A stretch of DNA of 64,000 nucleotides from Diplonema japonicum (GCA_964019335.1 OZ025660.1:682001-746000); one strand, 5' to 3'; positions 21,887 through 34,334 are shown, numbered from the stretch's first letter. Notes: generated by a model not told the origin, from the sequence alone. Program-made: numbers and translations.

Positions 21887-23516
21887 TTCCTCTTTAAAAA
21901 AAAAGGTTTTTTTTTAATATTTCTTATTTTATTGTGTGTGTGTGTTTCTCTGGCGATACCATTGTCTATGAAATAATAATAATAATAAAATTTCAAGGAG
22001 GGGCAGGGTTGGGCGAATAAAAGAAGAAGAAAAAAAAGAAGGGAAAAGAAAAAAAGAAGGAAGAAGGGGAGGAAAGTGAGGGTAAAGGCAGGATTAGGGA
22101 TGTGGGAAAAAAAAAAATCAAAGAGGGGTGGGGGCGTGTTTGGGAGGAACAAAGGGTGGTGAGAAGGATGAAGGGAACCGAAAAAAAAAGAGAGAGAGAG
22201 TTTAAAGAAAAGAGTAGTGAGTTGCAACGCATGTTAAGGAAAGGAAGGGGAAAAAAAAATTGGGGGTGAACTAAAAGAAACGTGGTTTTCAGTACCAAAG
22301 TTCTTAAGCGACAAACAAGTTAAATCACGGCAACGCATGTTCCTTGTGCGCGTTCCTTAGGTATTTTCTACCGGTTCTTAAAGTCCAACCCTAATTTTTT
22401 TTTTCTCGTATTTCCCTGGGTTTCCTCTCTCCCCTGTTACTTTTTTTTTTCTCCTTCAAAATTTATCTGACTACTCAACCAGCAACTTGGCCTCCACAAC
22501 AGTTATTATTATTTTTTGTATTCTTTACTATTTTGAAAAAGTAGTTCTTTCATTTTCGTCTTTTTTTTTTTTTTTTTTTGCTCAATTTGTAAAATAACAG
22601 CCACAACAATTAGAAATACAAGTGGGTATTATCCACCAATACTACTTTAAATAAAAAATAAAAAAAAAGAAAATAAAAAAATCGAAAAAAAAAAAAGAAT
22701 GGGAACAGGAAAGAGGGGGATGTGATCAACTATTGTGGAGGGGGCGGGGGACCCTTATAAGCAGTTCGTAGAAAAGACCCTTTTTTTTTCTTTTTTTTTT
22801 TCTTTGTTCCGATGGATAGAAACAGAGCAGACAGAAAAGAGAACAAAAGGCTTAAGCCATTCCCTCTTTCCTCCCCCCTTCGTAATTCTTTAGGCCATCA
22901 CAACAAAAATGTGGCTCAGCGACATTAGCTGCTTTGGATTGGGTGGCAATATTTGTGGGTATGGAAAAAAAAAATGAGGCTGGGGGTGGATGAGTTTCAG
23001 AGTAATTAAATACCCCAAAGGGGGGGGGGAGGGGTGAAAAAAAGGAATAAAAGGTTTAAAAAAATTGAAAATAAACAATAGGCCGTCTTTCTATAAGTCC
23101 TTGTGGAGTCGGTCAAGGAACACAAATAAAATAAAAGTAAAAAGAAAAGAACGCACAAAAAACTGATTGCGGAGTCGTGGTCAGCACCGACTCACTCAAA
23201 AAAAGCATCGCATAACAATAAACATAACAAACTATAGACTGAGGTACCCTCCCCTCAGTCACGTTCCGTGTTACAGTAAAGGTCAGCCAATGGGAAGTTA
23301 ACCAGTAACATGACCATTACTATTATAAAGAAAAAAAAAAGAGAATAAAAAGGTTAAAAAAAAGAAGGGATAGGGGGGGGGGGGGGGGGGGGGAAGAACC
23401 TAGATAAGGAAACAGCCTATGGTTTACAACAACTAAAACAACTTTTTTCTTTCTCCCATGATCTTGTCTGTATTTACTTTCTTCTCATCGTCATCACCCA
23501 TTGTAGCCATTGTGGT

Positions 23517-25187
23517 CTAGTTGAACTTCGTGGGGGCGCAGTTACCGATGCATTGGTTCGGCTTGCTACCAGTCGGGGTGTGCCTGATGCGGGGGCACCA
23601 GTCGCTGATGCACTTGTCGTCGATCCAGGCGCAGGTGTTGGAGGCGACGCAGGTGTCCTCGCGGTTCTGCTCCTCACAGGCGACTGCGTTGTTGGAGCCC
23701 CAGATGGCTACGTGGACGAGCTCCCCCTCGATGGTGGGGAGGTCGTAGGTCTCGCCTGACGCGAGCTGCTTGTGGAAGGCGACCATGTGGTAGTTCTCGG
23801 CGACGAAGGAGAACCTCGGAGCGCAGCTCCCGGCGACCCAGCCGTCCGCGGGGAGGAGCCCCGTGAGCTTCCCGTTGGTCTCCCTGCTGCAAGGGGGGCA
23901 GTGGTAGGTTGTCACGTAGAAGTCGCAGGGGGCACCCTCGCAGTTGAACGGGCACTTCAGTCGGAAGGAGGTCCCCTCGGGGACGGGCTCGTTCTGGTCC
24001 GGGAGGAACACCTTTGCCCCAGCCTGCTTGTAGACCTGCGGGATCTGCGTGAGGCGCACCGTCGCCTCGTCCACGGTCCACCCCATCATCCCCTCGGTGA
24101 TGGCGACACCGTCGATCTTCGACACGATCCCCGACTTCGGGACCAGGTAGGCCTCAACCTCCGCACTGGGGGGGCACGTGTCGTACAAGAGGATGGACTT
24201 CGACATGTAGTTGTACGGCATGCACAGGTTCCCGACACCACCCCACTCGCACATGAACCCGTCCATCGTGTGCACGATCGGGTAGTCGTTCCAGTTCCCG
24301 TCCGCGTAGAAGTGCCCGTAGTCCTCTCCGGCGGTCGTGCACAGCCCCGGGCAGTCGTGGCGGTACTCATTCGGCTCGCCCGGGGCCCAGTTCGTGTAGG
24401 AGTTCGCGGCGGGTGTGAACCCTCCGTTCTGGTGCCCGATGAGGGTGCCCCCGTTGCACTCGCTGCCCCCGCACCCGTCGAAGGTGTGTGTGATCGGCTC
24501 CATCTTGCACGCGGACCTCGATGCCCCTGTCTTCGACGTGTCGTACCCGTTGGCCCCTGGGCACCCCTCGGGACCCGTCATCCAGCGCCACGTCCCTTCT
24601 GTCCCGGCATCCGAGGCTCCCATCCAACCCCTTCCGGTGAGCTTCGACTTCGCGATGTCCTGCTCCCCCTGCGACGAGATGGTCATGAGGTACCCCACGA
24701 GGCCCAGGATGTCGTTCGACTCGTCTGCGCACTTCGCCTGCGCGTCGATCCACGAGTGCTTCCCCTTCACGTAGTCGTAGAAGTGGTGGTTCTTCCTGCT
24801 GAAGAGTCCGTGCCCGTAGTTCATGATGAGCTCGCGCATCTTCGCGCTCGACGAGGTTGTCTTGAACTCCACGTTCGCGAGGGCCGCACCGTAGGTTGCG
24901 ATCGTCGCCTTCCCCGTGAGGTACAGGATCCCCTTCTCCCCGTCGAACTCGGTGACGATGTCCTTCGCGTTGCACCCGGTGCACTGCAGGAAGTCCTTCC
25001 CCTTCTCGTACCCGCCCTCGATGTGGATCGCCCCTCCCCTGATCTCCGTGTCGCAGTCGCACCCGTCCGTGAACGGGATCTTCGCGCACTGGTCCTCGTC
25101 CCCGAAGGGAGACACCCACTGGTTGATCTTGTACGTCCCGTCCGCAGCAACAGCGGCCACCAGGCCGAGCATCATCATCGTCCTCAT
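23517..25187 (-). CDS. Secreted C-type lectin domain protein, 556 aa (copy 1)
   Basis: Signal peptide MRTMMMLGLVAAVAA; WIDAQAKC, GYLMTISSQGEQ, WMGASD, NWAPGEPN, WND motifs; Cys-rich C-terminus. Confidence 0.88.
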   Translation of the reverse strand: MRTMMMLGLVAAVAADGTYKINQWVSPFGDEDQCAKIPFTDGCDCDTEIRGGAIHIEGGYEKGKDFLQCTGCNAKDIVTEFDGEKGILYLTGKATIATYGAALANVEFKTTSSSAKMRELIMNYGHGLFSRKNHHFYDYVKGKHSWIDAQAKCADESNDILGLVGYLMTISSQGEQDIAKSKLTGRGWMGASDAGTEGTWRWMTGPEGCPGANGYDTSKTGASRSACKMEPITHTFDGCGGSECNGGTLIGHQNGGFTPAANSYTNWAPGEPNEYRHDCPGLCTTAGEDYGHFYADGNWNDYPIVHTMDGFMCEWGGVGNLCMPYNYMSKSILLYDTCPPSAEVEAYLVPKSGIVSKIDGVAITEGMMGWTVDEATVRLTQIPQVYKQAGAKVFLPDQNEPVPEGTSFRLKCPFNCEGAPCDFYVTTYHCPPCSRETNGKLTGLLPADGWVAGSCAPRFSFVAENYHMVAFHKQLASGETYDLPTIEGELVHVAIWGSNNAVACEEQNREDTCVASNTCAWIDDKCISDWCPRIRHTPTGSKPNQCIGNCAPTKFN

Positions 25188-25701
25188 TGTTATTTCTTTT
25201 TTTTTTTTTTTTTGAGAAAAAGAAAAAAAAAATGGCCTGTAGGAGAGAATATAGTGTCGAGGTGAAGGTGGTTGAAAAAAAAAAAAAAAAAAAAAAAAAA
25301 ACAAAAAAACAAAAATAAATAAAGTGAAAGGGACCCTTCCCCAAAGAGAAGAGACACCGTTGTTTTTTTATTATTATTTTTTTGTTATTATTATTATTTT
25401 TTTTTTTTTAAAACAAAGCATGCTCTTCGCGCGGAGCGGTTGTGAGTGATTTTGACGAAAAGCTGGCCTTCACCCCCCCAGCAGTTGCTGTTCGTCACCT
25501 TACTCTTGGTTCTTATTGTGTATTTGAATGAGTTTTTTTTTTTTTTTTTTTTTTTTTGTTTTTTGTTTTTTGTTTCCATCGTCTTTTTTTTTTCCTTTTT
25601 TTTTTACAGACTAATGTACTACTGTAAATCGATTGGAGACAAAAGAAATTCTAATCACTTCTCGAATGAATAGAAAAAGTATATTTGACTCAAATTCTAA
25701 A

Positions 25702-25734
<33 letters not shown>

Positions 25735-26019
25735 CAACCATCTCCTGCTGGACCGAAGCTGAGCTTGCGATAAAAAAAAGAAAGGAATAATGAAAAAAAC
25801 TTGACAAAAGGAAGAAAAGAAAAGGTAATGTCGGAGGGAGAGAGAGGGAGAAATGAAGAGATGAAGAAAAAATTCTCATCGTTAAACGCAAAATAAACAG
25901 GATTTAAAAAGGTGAGATATAAATATTATTAAAGGGAACACCAATATGATCCTCCCTTTTTAAAATTCTTCATTATTCTATTGCTTTTTACCTGTTGCTG
26001 GGGGGTTGTGGGTTTTCTT

Positions 26020-26056
<37 letters not shown>

Positions 26057-26654
26057 TTTTTGTTTTTGTTTCCAATACTACGTTATCTGTACCGCAGTGT
26101 TATGTATTTGTCATAAAAAAGAAAAGGTGTCTTTGAAGGGAATCTGAAGTATGTGACAGAATCGCCTGACGACAATCAACCCATCAAAAAAACAAAAAAA
26201 AAAAAAAAAACAAAAAAAAAAAGAAATGATTCTGTTAAGAACATTCAATGTGAAGAATGCCATTAAATCATGCTAAAAAAAACAAAAAAAAAAAAATAAT
26301 AATAATAAAACACACAGGACCCAATTAATTAAATCTGTTTTAGCTCTCGTTTCTCGTTGTTCTGGAGGCCCCAGCCCGCCTCGAGTTTCCCACGACATTA
26401 GGTTGGATTGCCTTGAGGACAGCGGCGGCTGGAGAGCAAGCGAGAGAAAGCTCGATAAAATTTCAGTGCTACTGAGAAAAAAAAAAAATAAAGGAAAAAG
26501 ATAAGTGGTCGGTTTTTGGGGAGGGGGAGAGGAGGAGAAATGGAGTGGAGTGGAGACCAACCTCGAGCCCGAACCTTCTGTTATGTTTTCCGGGGAAAAA
26601 AAAAAAATAGATAGAAGCAGGCAGCAAAGGTTGGTTTACACTATATTCGATTCC

Positions 26655-26689
<35 letters not shown>

Positions 26690-27279
26690 CTCTTCTTCTT
26701 CTTCTTTTTTCTTGTAAATCGAATCAATAAATAAAGCTCTTCGCACGTGGAGAAGGAGAACGAAATCAAGAAAAAAGAAGAAGGCGATATTCAAAGGTAA
26801 GCCCCCCCACTTGAGGACCATATGCCCTTGAAAGTGAGCTGTATGACCCGCATGTCCGTCTAGCCATTTAACACCAATACTTCTGCGGGGAAAGGAATAT
26901 CATAAGATCATTACAGGTTGGTGCTGCAAGAAATTAAAGGCAGCTTTTTAATTTGAGTAAAAGAAAGAAGAAAAACTGGGGTGTTTCTTTTTTTTTTTTT
27001 TTTTTTTTTTTTTCCCCTTCTTTTCCCCCTTCAGAATTAAATGTTGCTGGACGGTGGTGTCAAAGAAAGAAAGAAAGAAGAAGAAGAAAACACATAGCCT
27101 TTCCATCGCAAGCAGCAGTTTCGACCAAGAGAGAGAGAGAGAGGAAATGTTGCCGCTACGCCTTTTTCGTTGAATGAAGAAAAGGTTGTTTTGGGTGTTT
27201 TCTTATCGTGGCCTCCACAACACACACACGAGAATTATCTTTATTTCGAACTATTTTCCACCCAACCCTCCCCTCGTCA

Positions 27280-28950
27280 CTAGTTGAACTTCGTGGGGGC
27301 GCAGTTACCGATGCATTGGTTCGGCTTGCTACCAGTCGGGGTGTGCCTGATGCGGGGGCACCAGTCGCTGATGCACTTGTCGTCGATCCAGGCGCAGGTG
27401 TTGGAGGCGACGCAGGTGTCCTCGCGGTTCTGCTCCTCACAGGCGACTGCGTTGTTGGAGCCCCAGATGGCTACGTGGACGAGCTCCCCCTCGATGGTGG
27501 GGAGGTCGTAGGTCTCGCCTGACGCGAGCTGCTTGTGGAAGGCGACCATGTGGTAGTTCTCGGCGACGAAGGAGAACCTCGGAGCGCAGCTCCCGGCGAC
27601 CCAGCCGTCCGCGGGGAGGAGCCCCGTGAGCTTCCCGTTGGTCTCCCTGCTGCAAGGGGGGCAGTGGTAGGTTGTCACGTAGAAGTCGCAGGGGGCACCC
27701 TCGCAGTTGAACGGGCACTTCAGTCGGAAGGAGGTCCCCTCGGGGACGGGCTCGTTCTGGTCCGGGAGGAACACCTTTGCCCCAGCCTGCTTGTAGACCT
27801 GCGGGATCTGCGTGAGGCGCACCGTCGCCTCGTCCACGGTCCACCCCATCATCCCCTCGGTGATGGCGACACCGTCGATCTTCGACACGATCCCCGACTT
27901 CGGGACCAGGTAGGCCTCAACCTCCGCACTGGGGGGGCACGTGTCGTACAAGAGGATGGACTTCGACATGTAGTTGTACGGCATGCACAGGTTCCCGACA
28001 CCACCCCACTCGCACATGAACCCGTCCATCGTGTGCACGATCGGGTAGTCGTTCCAGTTCCCGTCCGCGTAGAAGTGCCCGTAGTCCTCTCCGGCGGTCG
28101 TGCACAGCCCCGGGCAGTCGTGGCGGTACTCATTCGGCTCGCCCGGGGCCCAGTTCGTGTAGGAGTTCGCGGCGGGTGTGAACCCTCCGTTCTGGTGCCC
28201 GATGAGGGTGCCCCCGTTGCACTCGCTGCCCCCGCACCCGTCGAAGGTGTGTGTGATCGGCTCCATCTTGCACGCGGACCTCGATGCCCCTGTCTTCGAC
28301 GTGTCGTACCCGTTGGCCCCTGGGCACCCCTCGGGACCCGTCATCCAGCGCCACGTCCCTTCTGTCCCGGCATCCGAGGCTCCCATCCAACCCCTTCCGG
28401 TGAGCTTCGACTTCGCGATGTCCTGCTCCCCCTGCGACGAGATGGTCATGAGGTACCCCACGAGGCCCAGGATGTCGTTCGACTCGTCTGCGCACTTCGC
28501 CTGCGCGTCGATCCACGAGTGCTTCCCCTTCACGTAGTCGTAGAAGTGGTGGTTCTTCCTGCTGAAGAGTCCGTGCCCGTAGTTCATGATGAGCTCGCGC
28601 ATCTTCGCGCTCGACGAGGTTGTCTTGAACTCCACGTTCGCGAGGGCCGCACCGTAGGTTGCGATCGTCGCCTTCCCCGTGAGGTACAGGATCCCCTTCT
28701 CCCCGTCGAACTCGGTGACGATGTCCTTCGCGTTGCACCCGGTGCACTGCAGGAAGTCCTTCCCCTTCTCGTACCCGCCCTCGATGTGGATCGCCCCTCC
28801 CCTGATCTCCGTGTCGCAGTCGCACCCGTCCGTGAACGGGATCTTCGCGCACTGGTCCTCGTCCCCGAAGGGAGACACCCACTGGTTGATCTTGTACGTC
28901 CCGTCCGCAGCAACAGCGGCCACCAGGCCGAGCATCATCATCGTCCTCAT
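27280..28950 (-). CDS. Secreted C-type lectin domain protein (copy 2)
   Basis: Translation identical to copy 1. Confidence 0.88.
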   Translation of the reverse strand: MRTMMMLGLVAAVAADGTYKINQWVSPFGDEDQCAKIPFTDGCDCDTEIRGGAIHIEGGYEKGKDFLQCTGCNAKDIVTEFDGEKGILYLTGKATIATYGAALANVEFKTTSSSAKMRELIMNYGHGLFSRKNHHFYDYVKGKHSWIDAQAKCADESNDILGLVGYLMTISSQGEQDIAKSKLTGRGWMGASDAGTEGTWRWMTGPEGCPGANGYDTSKTGASRSACKMEPITHTFDGCGGSECNGGTLIGHQNGGFTPAANSYTNWAPGEPNEYRHDCPGLCTTAGEDYGHFYADGNWNDYPIVHTMDGFMCEWGGVGNLCMPYNYMSKSILLYDTCPPSAEVEAYLVPKSGIVSKIDGVAITEGMMGWTVDEATVRLTQIPQVYKQAGAKVFLPDQNEPVPEGTSFRLKCPFNCEGAPCDFYVTTYHCPPCSRETNGKLTGLLPADGWVAGSCAPRFSFVAENYHMVAFHKQLASGETYDLPTIEGELVHVAIWGSNNAVACEEQNREDTCVASNTCAWIDDKCISDWCPRIRHTPTGSKPNQCIGNCAPTKFN

Positions 28951-29464
28951 TGTTATTTCTTTTTTTTTTTTTTTTTGAGAAAAAGAAAAAAAAAATGGCC
29001 TGTAGGAGAGAATATAGTGTCGAGGTGAAGGTGGTTGAAAAAAAAAAAAAAAAAAAAAAAAAAACAAAAAAACAAAAATAAATAAAGTGAAAGGGACCCT
29101 TCCCCAAAGAGAAGAGACACCGTTGTTTTTTTATTATTATTTTTTTGTTATTATTATTATTTTTTTTTTTTTAAAACAAAGCATGCTCTTCGCGCGGAGC
29201 GGTTGTGAGTGATTTTGACGAAAAGCTGGCCTTCACCCCCCCAGCAGTTGCTGTTCGTCACCTTACTCTTGGTTCTTATTGTGTATTTGAATGAGTTTTT
29301 TTTTTTTTTTTTTTTTTTTTGTTTTTTGTTTTTTGTTTCCATCGTCTTTTTTTTTTCCTTTTTTTTTTACAGACTAATGTACTACTGTAAATCGATTGGA
29401 GACAAAAGAAATTCTAATCACTTCTCGAATGAATAGAAAAAGTATATTTGACTCAAATTCTAAA

Positions 29465-29497
<33 letters not shown>

Positions 29498-29782
29498 CAA
29501 CCATCTCCTGCTGGACCGAAGCTGAGCTTGCGATAAAAAAAAGAAAGGAATAATGAAAAAAACTTGACAAAAGGAAGAAAAGAAAAGGTAATGTCGGAGG
29601 GAGAGAGAGGGAGAAATGAAGAGATGAAGAAAAAATTCTCATCGTTAAACGCAAAATAAACAGGATTTAAAAAGGTGAGATATAAATATTATTAAAGGGA
29701 ACACCAATATGATCCTCCCTTTTTAAAATTCTTCATTATTCTATTGCTTTTTACCTGTTGCTGGGGGGTTGTGGGTTTTCTT

Positions 29783-29819
<37 letters not shown>

Positions 29820-30417
29820 TTTTTGTTTTTGTTTCCAATACTACGTTATCTGTACCGCAGTGTTATGTATTTGTCATAAAAAAGAAAAGGTGTCTTTGAA
29901 GGGAATCTGAAGTATGTGACAGAATCGCCTGACGACAATCAACCCATCAAAAAAACAAAAAAAAAAAAAAAAACAAAAAAAAAAAGAAATGATTCTGTTA
30001 AGAACATTCAATGTGAAGAATGCCATTAAATCATGCTAAAAAAAACAAAAAAAAAAAAATAATAATAATAAAACACACAGGACCCAATTAATTAAATCTG
30101 TTTTAGCTCTCGTTTCTCGTTGTTCTGGAGGCCCCAGCCCGCCTCGAGTTTCCCACGACATTAGGTTGGATTGCCTTGAGGACAGCGGCGGCTGGAGAGC
30201 AAGCGAGAGAAAGCTCGATAAAATTTCAGTGCTACTGAGAAAAAAAAAAAATAAAGGAAAAAGATAAGTGGTCGGTTTTTGGGGAGGGGGAGAGGAGGAG
30301 AAATGGAGTGGAGTGGAGACCAACCTCGAGCCCGAACCTTCTGTTATGTTTTCCGGGGAAAAAAAAAAAATAGATAGAAGCAGGCAGCAAAGGTTGGTTT
30401 ACACTATATTCGATTCC

Positions 30418-30453
<36 letters not shown>

Positions 30454-31044
30454 CTCTTCTTCTTCTTCTTTTTTCTTGTAAATCGAATCAATAAATAAAG
30501 CTCTTCGCACGTGGAGAAGGAGAACGAAATCAAGAAAAAAGAAGAAGGCGATATTCAAAGGTAAGCCCCCCCACTTGAGGACCATATGCCCTTGAAAGTG
30601 AGCTGTATGACCCGCATGTCCGTCTAGCCATTTAACACCAATACTTCTGCGGGGAAAGGAATATCATAAGATCATTACAGGTTGGTGCTGCAAGAAATTA
30701 AAGGCAGCTTTTTAATTTGAGTAAAAGAAAGAAGAAAAACTGGGGTGTTTCTTTTTTTTTTTTTTTTTTTTTTTTTTTCCCCTTCTTTTCCCCCTTCAGA
30801 ATTAAATGTTGCTGGACGGTGGTGTCAAAGAAAGAAAGAAAGAAGAAGAAGAAAACACATAGCCTTTCCATCGCAAGCAGCAGTTTCGACCAAGAGAGAG
30901 AGAGAGAGGAAATGTTGCCGCTACGCCTTTTTCGTTGAATGAAGAAAAGGTTGTTTTGGGTGTTTTCTTATCGTGGCCTCCACAACACACACACGAGAAT
31001 TATCTTTATTTCGAACTATTTTCCACCCAACCCTCCCCTCGTCA

Positions 31045-32715
31045 CTAGTTGAACTTCGTGGGGGCGCAGTTACCGATGCATTGGTTCGGCTTGCTACCAG
31101 TCGGGGTGTGCCTGATGCGGGGGCACCAGTCGCTGATGCACTTGTCGTCGATCCAGGCGCAGGTGTTGGAGGCGACGCAGGTGTCCTCGCGGTTCTGCTC
31201 CTCACAGGCGACTGCGTTGTTGGAGCCCCAGATGGCTACGTGGACGAGCTCCCCCTCGATGGTGGGGAGGTCGTAGGTCTCGCCTGACGCGAGCTGCTTG
31301 TGGAAGGCGACCATGTGGTAGTTCTCGGCGACGAAGGAGAACCTCGGAGCGCAGCTCCCGGCGACCCAGCCGTCCGCGGGGAGGAGCCCCGTGAGCTTCC
31401 CGTTGGTCTCCCTGCTGCAAGGGGGGCAGTGGTAGGTTGTCACGTAGAAGTCGCAGGGGGCACCCTCGCAGTTGAACGGGCACTTCAGTCGGAAGGAGGT
31501 CCCCTCGGGGACGGGCTCGTTCTGGTCCGGGAGGAACACCTTTGCCCCAGCCTGCTTGTAGACCTGCGGGATCTGCGTGAGGCGCACCGTCGCCTCGTCC
31601 ACGGTCCACCCCATCATCCCCTCGGTGATGGCGACACCGTCGATCTTCGACACGATCCCCGACTTCGGGACCAGGTAGGCCTCAACCTCCGCACTGGGGG
31701 GGCACGTGTCGTACAAGAGGATGGACTTCGACATGTAGTTGTACGGCATGCACAGGTTCCCGACACCACCCCACTCGCACATGAACCCGTCCATCGTGTG
31801 CACGATCGGGTAGTCGTTCCAGTTCCCGTCCGCGTAGAAGTGCCCGTAGTCCTCTCCGGCGGTCGTGCACAGCCCCGGGCAGTCGTGGCGGTACTCATTC
31901 GGCTCGCCCGGGGCCCAGTTCGTGTAGGAGTTCGCGGCGGGTGTGAACCCTCCGTTCTGGTGCCCGATGAGGGTGCCCCCGTTGCACTCGCTGCCCCCGC
32001 ACCCGTCGAAGGTGTGTGTGATCGGCTCCATCTTGCACGCGGACCTCGATGCCCCTGTCTTCGACGTGTCGTACCCGTTGGCCCCTGGGCACCCCTCGGG
32101 ACCCGTCATCCAGCGCCACGTCCCTTCTGTCCCGGCATCCGAGGCTCCCATCCAACCCCTTCCGGTGAGCTTCGACTTCGCGATGTCCTGCTCCCCCTGC
32201 GACGAGATGGTCATGAGGTACCCCACGAGGCCCAGGATGTCGTTCGACTCGTCTGCGCACTTCGCCTGCGCGTCGATCCACGAGTGCTTCCCCTTCACGT
32301 AGTCGTAGAAGTGGTGGTTCTTCCTGCTGAAGAGTCCGTGCCCGTAGTTCATGATGAGCTCGCGCATCTTCGCGCTCGACGAGGTTGTCTTGAACTCCAC
32401 GTTCGCGAGGGCCGCACCGTAGGTTGCGATCGTCGCCTTCCCCGTGAGGTACAGGATCCCCTTCTCCCCGTCGAACTCGGTGACGATGTCCTTCGCGTTG
32501 CACCCGGTGCACTGCAGGAAGTCCTTCCCCTTCTCGTACCCGCCCTCGATGTGGATCGCCCCTCCCCTGATCTCCGTGTCGCAGTCGCACCCGTCCGTGA
32601 ACGGGATCTTCGCGCACTGGTCCTCGTCCCCGAAGGGAGACACCCACTGGTTGATCTTGTACGTCCCGTCCGCAGCAACAGCGGCCACCAGGCCGAGCAT
32701 CATCATCGTCCTCAT
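31045..32715 (-). CDS. Secreted C-type lectin domain protein (copy 3)
   Basis: Translation identical to copy 1. Confidence 0.88.
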   Translation of the reverse strand: MRTMMMLGLVAAVAADGTYKINQWVSPFGDEDQCAKIPFTDGCDCDTEIRGGAIHIEGGYEKGKDFLQCTGCNAKDIVTEFDGEKGILYLTGKATIATYGAALANVEFKTTSSSAKMRELIMNYGHGLFSRKNHHFYDYVKGKHSWIDAQAKCADESNDILGLVGYLMTISSQGEQDIAKSKLTGRGWMGASDAGTEGTWRWMTGPEGCPGANGYDTSKTGASRSACKMEPITHTFDGCGGSECNGGTLIGHQNGGFTPAANSYTNWAPGEPNEYRHDCPGLCTTAGEDYGHFYADGNWNDYPIVHTMDGFMCEWGGVGNLCMPYNYMSKSILLYDTCPPSAEVEAYLVPKSGIVSKIDGVAITEGMMGWTVDEATVRLTQIPQVYKQAGAKVFLPDQNEPVPEGTSFRLKCPFNCEGAPCDFYVTTYHCPPCSRETNGKLTGLLPADGWVAGSCAPRFSFVAENYHMVAFHKQLASGETYDLPTIEGELVHVAIWGSNNAVACEEQNREDTCVASNTCAWIDDKCISDWCPRIRHTPTGSKPNQCIGNCAPTKFN

Positions 32716-33668
32716 TGTTATTTCTTTTTTTTTTTTTTTTTTTTGAGAGTTGAATCTGGAAGGTACTGGTATCGGGAGGAAAGTGAACAAAAGAAAAGAG
32801 CAAGAAAAGCCATCCTCTCAGAAGAAAGCAGACAATAGACGAGTATTGGTGCAGGCAACTCTCCCAACAAAAAAAAGAAAGAAACAGGTGGTTTGTGAAT
32901 TCGGGAGTTCGTATTTACTCTGCTCTTCTAGCTCAGACCAAAAAAAAAAAAGAGTGATTGAAGTTCTACACAAGCCTGTTGCATTTACCACTCTTGGCAC
33001 TTTTTAGAGTACGGCACTAAAAAAAAAAAACCCCAATGAAAGGGGATGAAACACAATACAATATCCCCCCCTCCTCCCAGGGCTATGCTGGCAAGGAAAC
33101 ACGTTTCCAAGCTTTTCTTTTGAAAATAAGGACTTTTCCTTATTTTTTTTGAGGGGCTGTGTCCTTAAGTATCTGAAAATAAGGAAACGGATACGGAAAC
33201 GTTTCCCAAAACAGTGCAAAACAAAAACTAATAAAATAGCTCTTACCTCCTAGCTATTATTCTCCTAGCTTACACGCACGGAGAAGGAAACAAAGAAAAG
33301 AAGAAGAAAAGGATTTTTGTTTTCCGGGAAGTCAGTGTTTTTTTTTTCTCTCTCTTTTTTTTTTTTTTTTACACTTTTGTATAAAATCAGCCAACTGCTT
33401 CTTAATGGTCCCTTTGACACATTAACTTAACACCCCTTTTTTTCCCCCAGCTTCCTTTTCGGTTCTTCTTCTTTTTTTTTTTTGAAACTGGCATTCCAAT
33501 CAAAGAGGAGGGGAAAGGCGGGGAGGGGGGATAAACAATGCGCAGTAACTACGGAAAGAGTGTGGGGGGGGGGGGGGGGGGGGAAGGGACGTTGGTATTC
33601 GCTCAAACATCCTTCTTTTTTTTTGTGGCGGGGAGGAAGAAGAAAAAAAAAAATCACCCCCACCTGAT

Positions 33669-34334
33669 TCAACCGGCATGGCTGTCTTGCTTCACATGTG
33701 TCTCCTTAATGCTCGTGGCGACTGAGTGCAAGCGGTCAATCAGGCTAGGTGGGTTCGCAGGGAGAACCGTACCCCAGCAGGGAGAGACTAAAGCACGGGA
33801 CACGAGACAGAAGTCACAATAACGCTTGTCCTTAGCCTTGATGCCTGAACAGTCTCCACAAATGGACAGGTAACAAGACCTGCAGTGGTGCTCGCGCTTC
33901 AGTAATGTGTACTTTGTGGCACAGAGGGTACACCTGGACTGGTGGTGATCTCCCTTCTCAAAAGCATTCTTGCGTAAAGTGGAGCCCTGGTCTGAGTCAG
34001 GGATGATTGTTTCTCGCTCGCTAAGTTTCACTGGTGTTGAGGAGGTGTCCTGAGCCTTGCTGAGCATCTCTGTATTCTCTTGCAGCAACCTAAGGTTCTC
34101 TTCCAACTGCCTCATCAGAATTGCTGTTTTCGCGTTGTGTGCGACCTTCACCTCCGCCACCACCCCCCTCTCTTTTTCCAGCTCGTCTTCGGCCTTTCTT
34201 AACCTTTCCCACACTTCATCTGCACTGCCAACTTTCTCGTGACACTTTCTGCACATGTTACCGCTGCACTGCCCGCATTTGTGTGGCTGCGCTTCTAATT
34301 CCATCCCACAGAGGTTGCAGTGCTGTATCAGCAT
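33669..34334 (-). CDS. FYVE zinc-finger protein with an N-terminal Cys cluster and coiled coil
   Basis: CTLC..REHHCRSC..ICGDCS..YCDFC. Confidence 0.88.
   Translation of the reverse strand: MLIQHCNLCGMELEAQPHKCGQCSGNMCRKCHEKVGSADEVWERLRKAEDELEKERGVVAEVKVAHNAKTAILMRQLEENLRLLQENTEMLSKAQDTSSTPVKLSERETIIPDSDQGSTLRKNAFEKGDHHQSRCTLCATKYTLLKREHHCRSCYLSICGDCSGIKAKDKRYCDFCLVSRALVSPCWGTVLPANPPSLIDRLHSVATSIKETHVKQDSHAG

Larger units (their letters stand above)
23517..32746. repeat. Tandem gene array, unit about 3.76 kb (3763/3765 bp), about 2.45 units
   Basis: The spacers appear to differ only in homopolymer lengths. Confidence 0.95.

Noticed and set aside
194-32838. Long plus-strand ORFs (e.g. 194-1672, 3153-4295, 23772-25265, 31300-32838)
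   Set aside because: Antisense shadows of GC3-rich minus-strand genes; no recognisable motifs.
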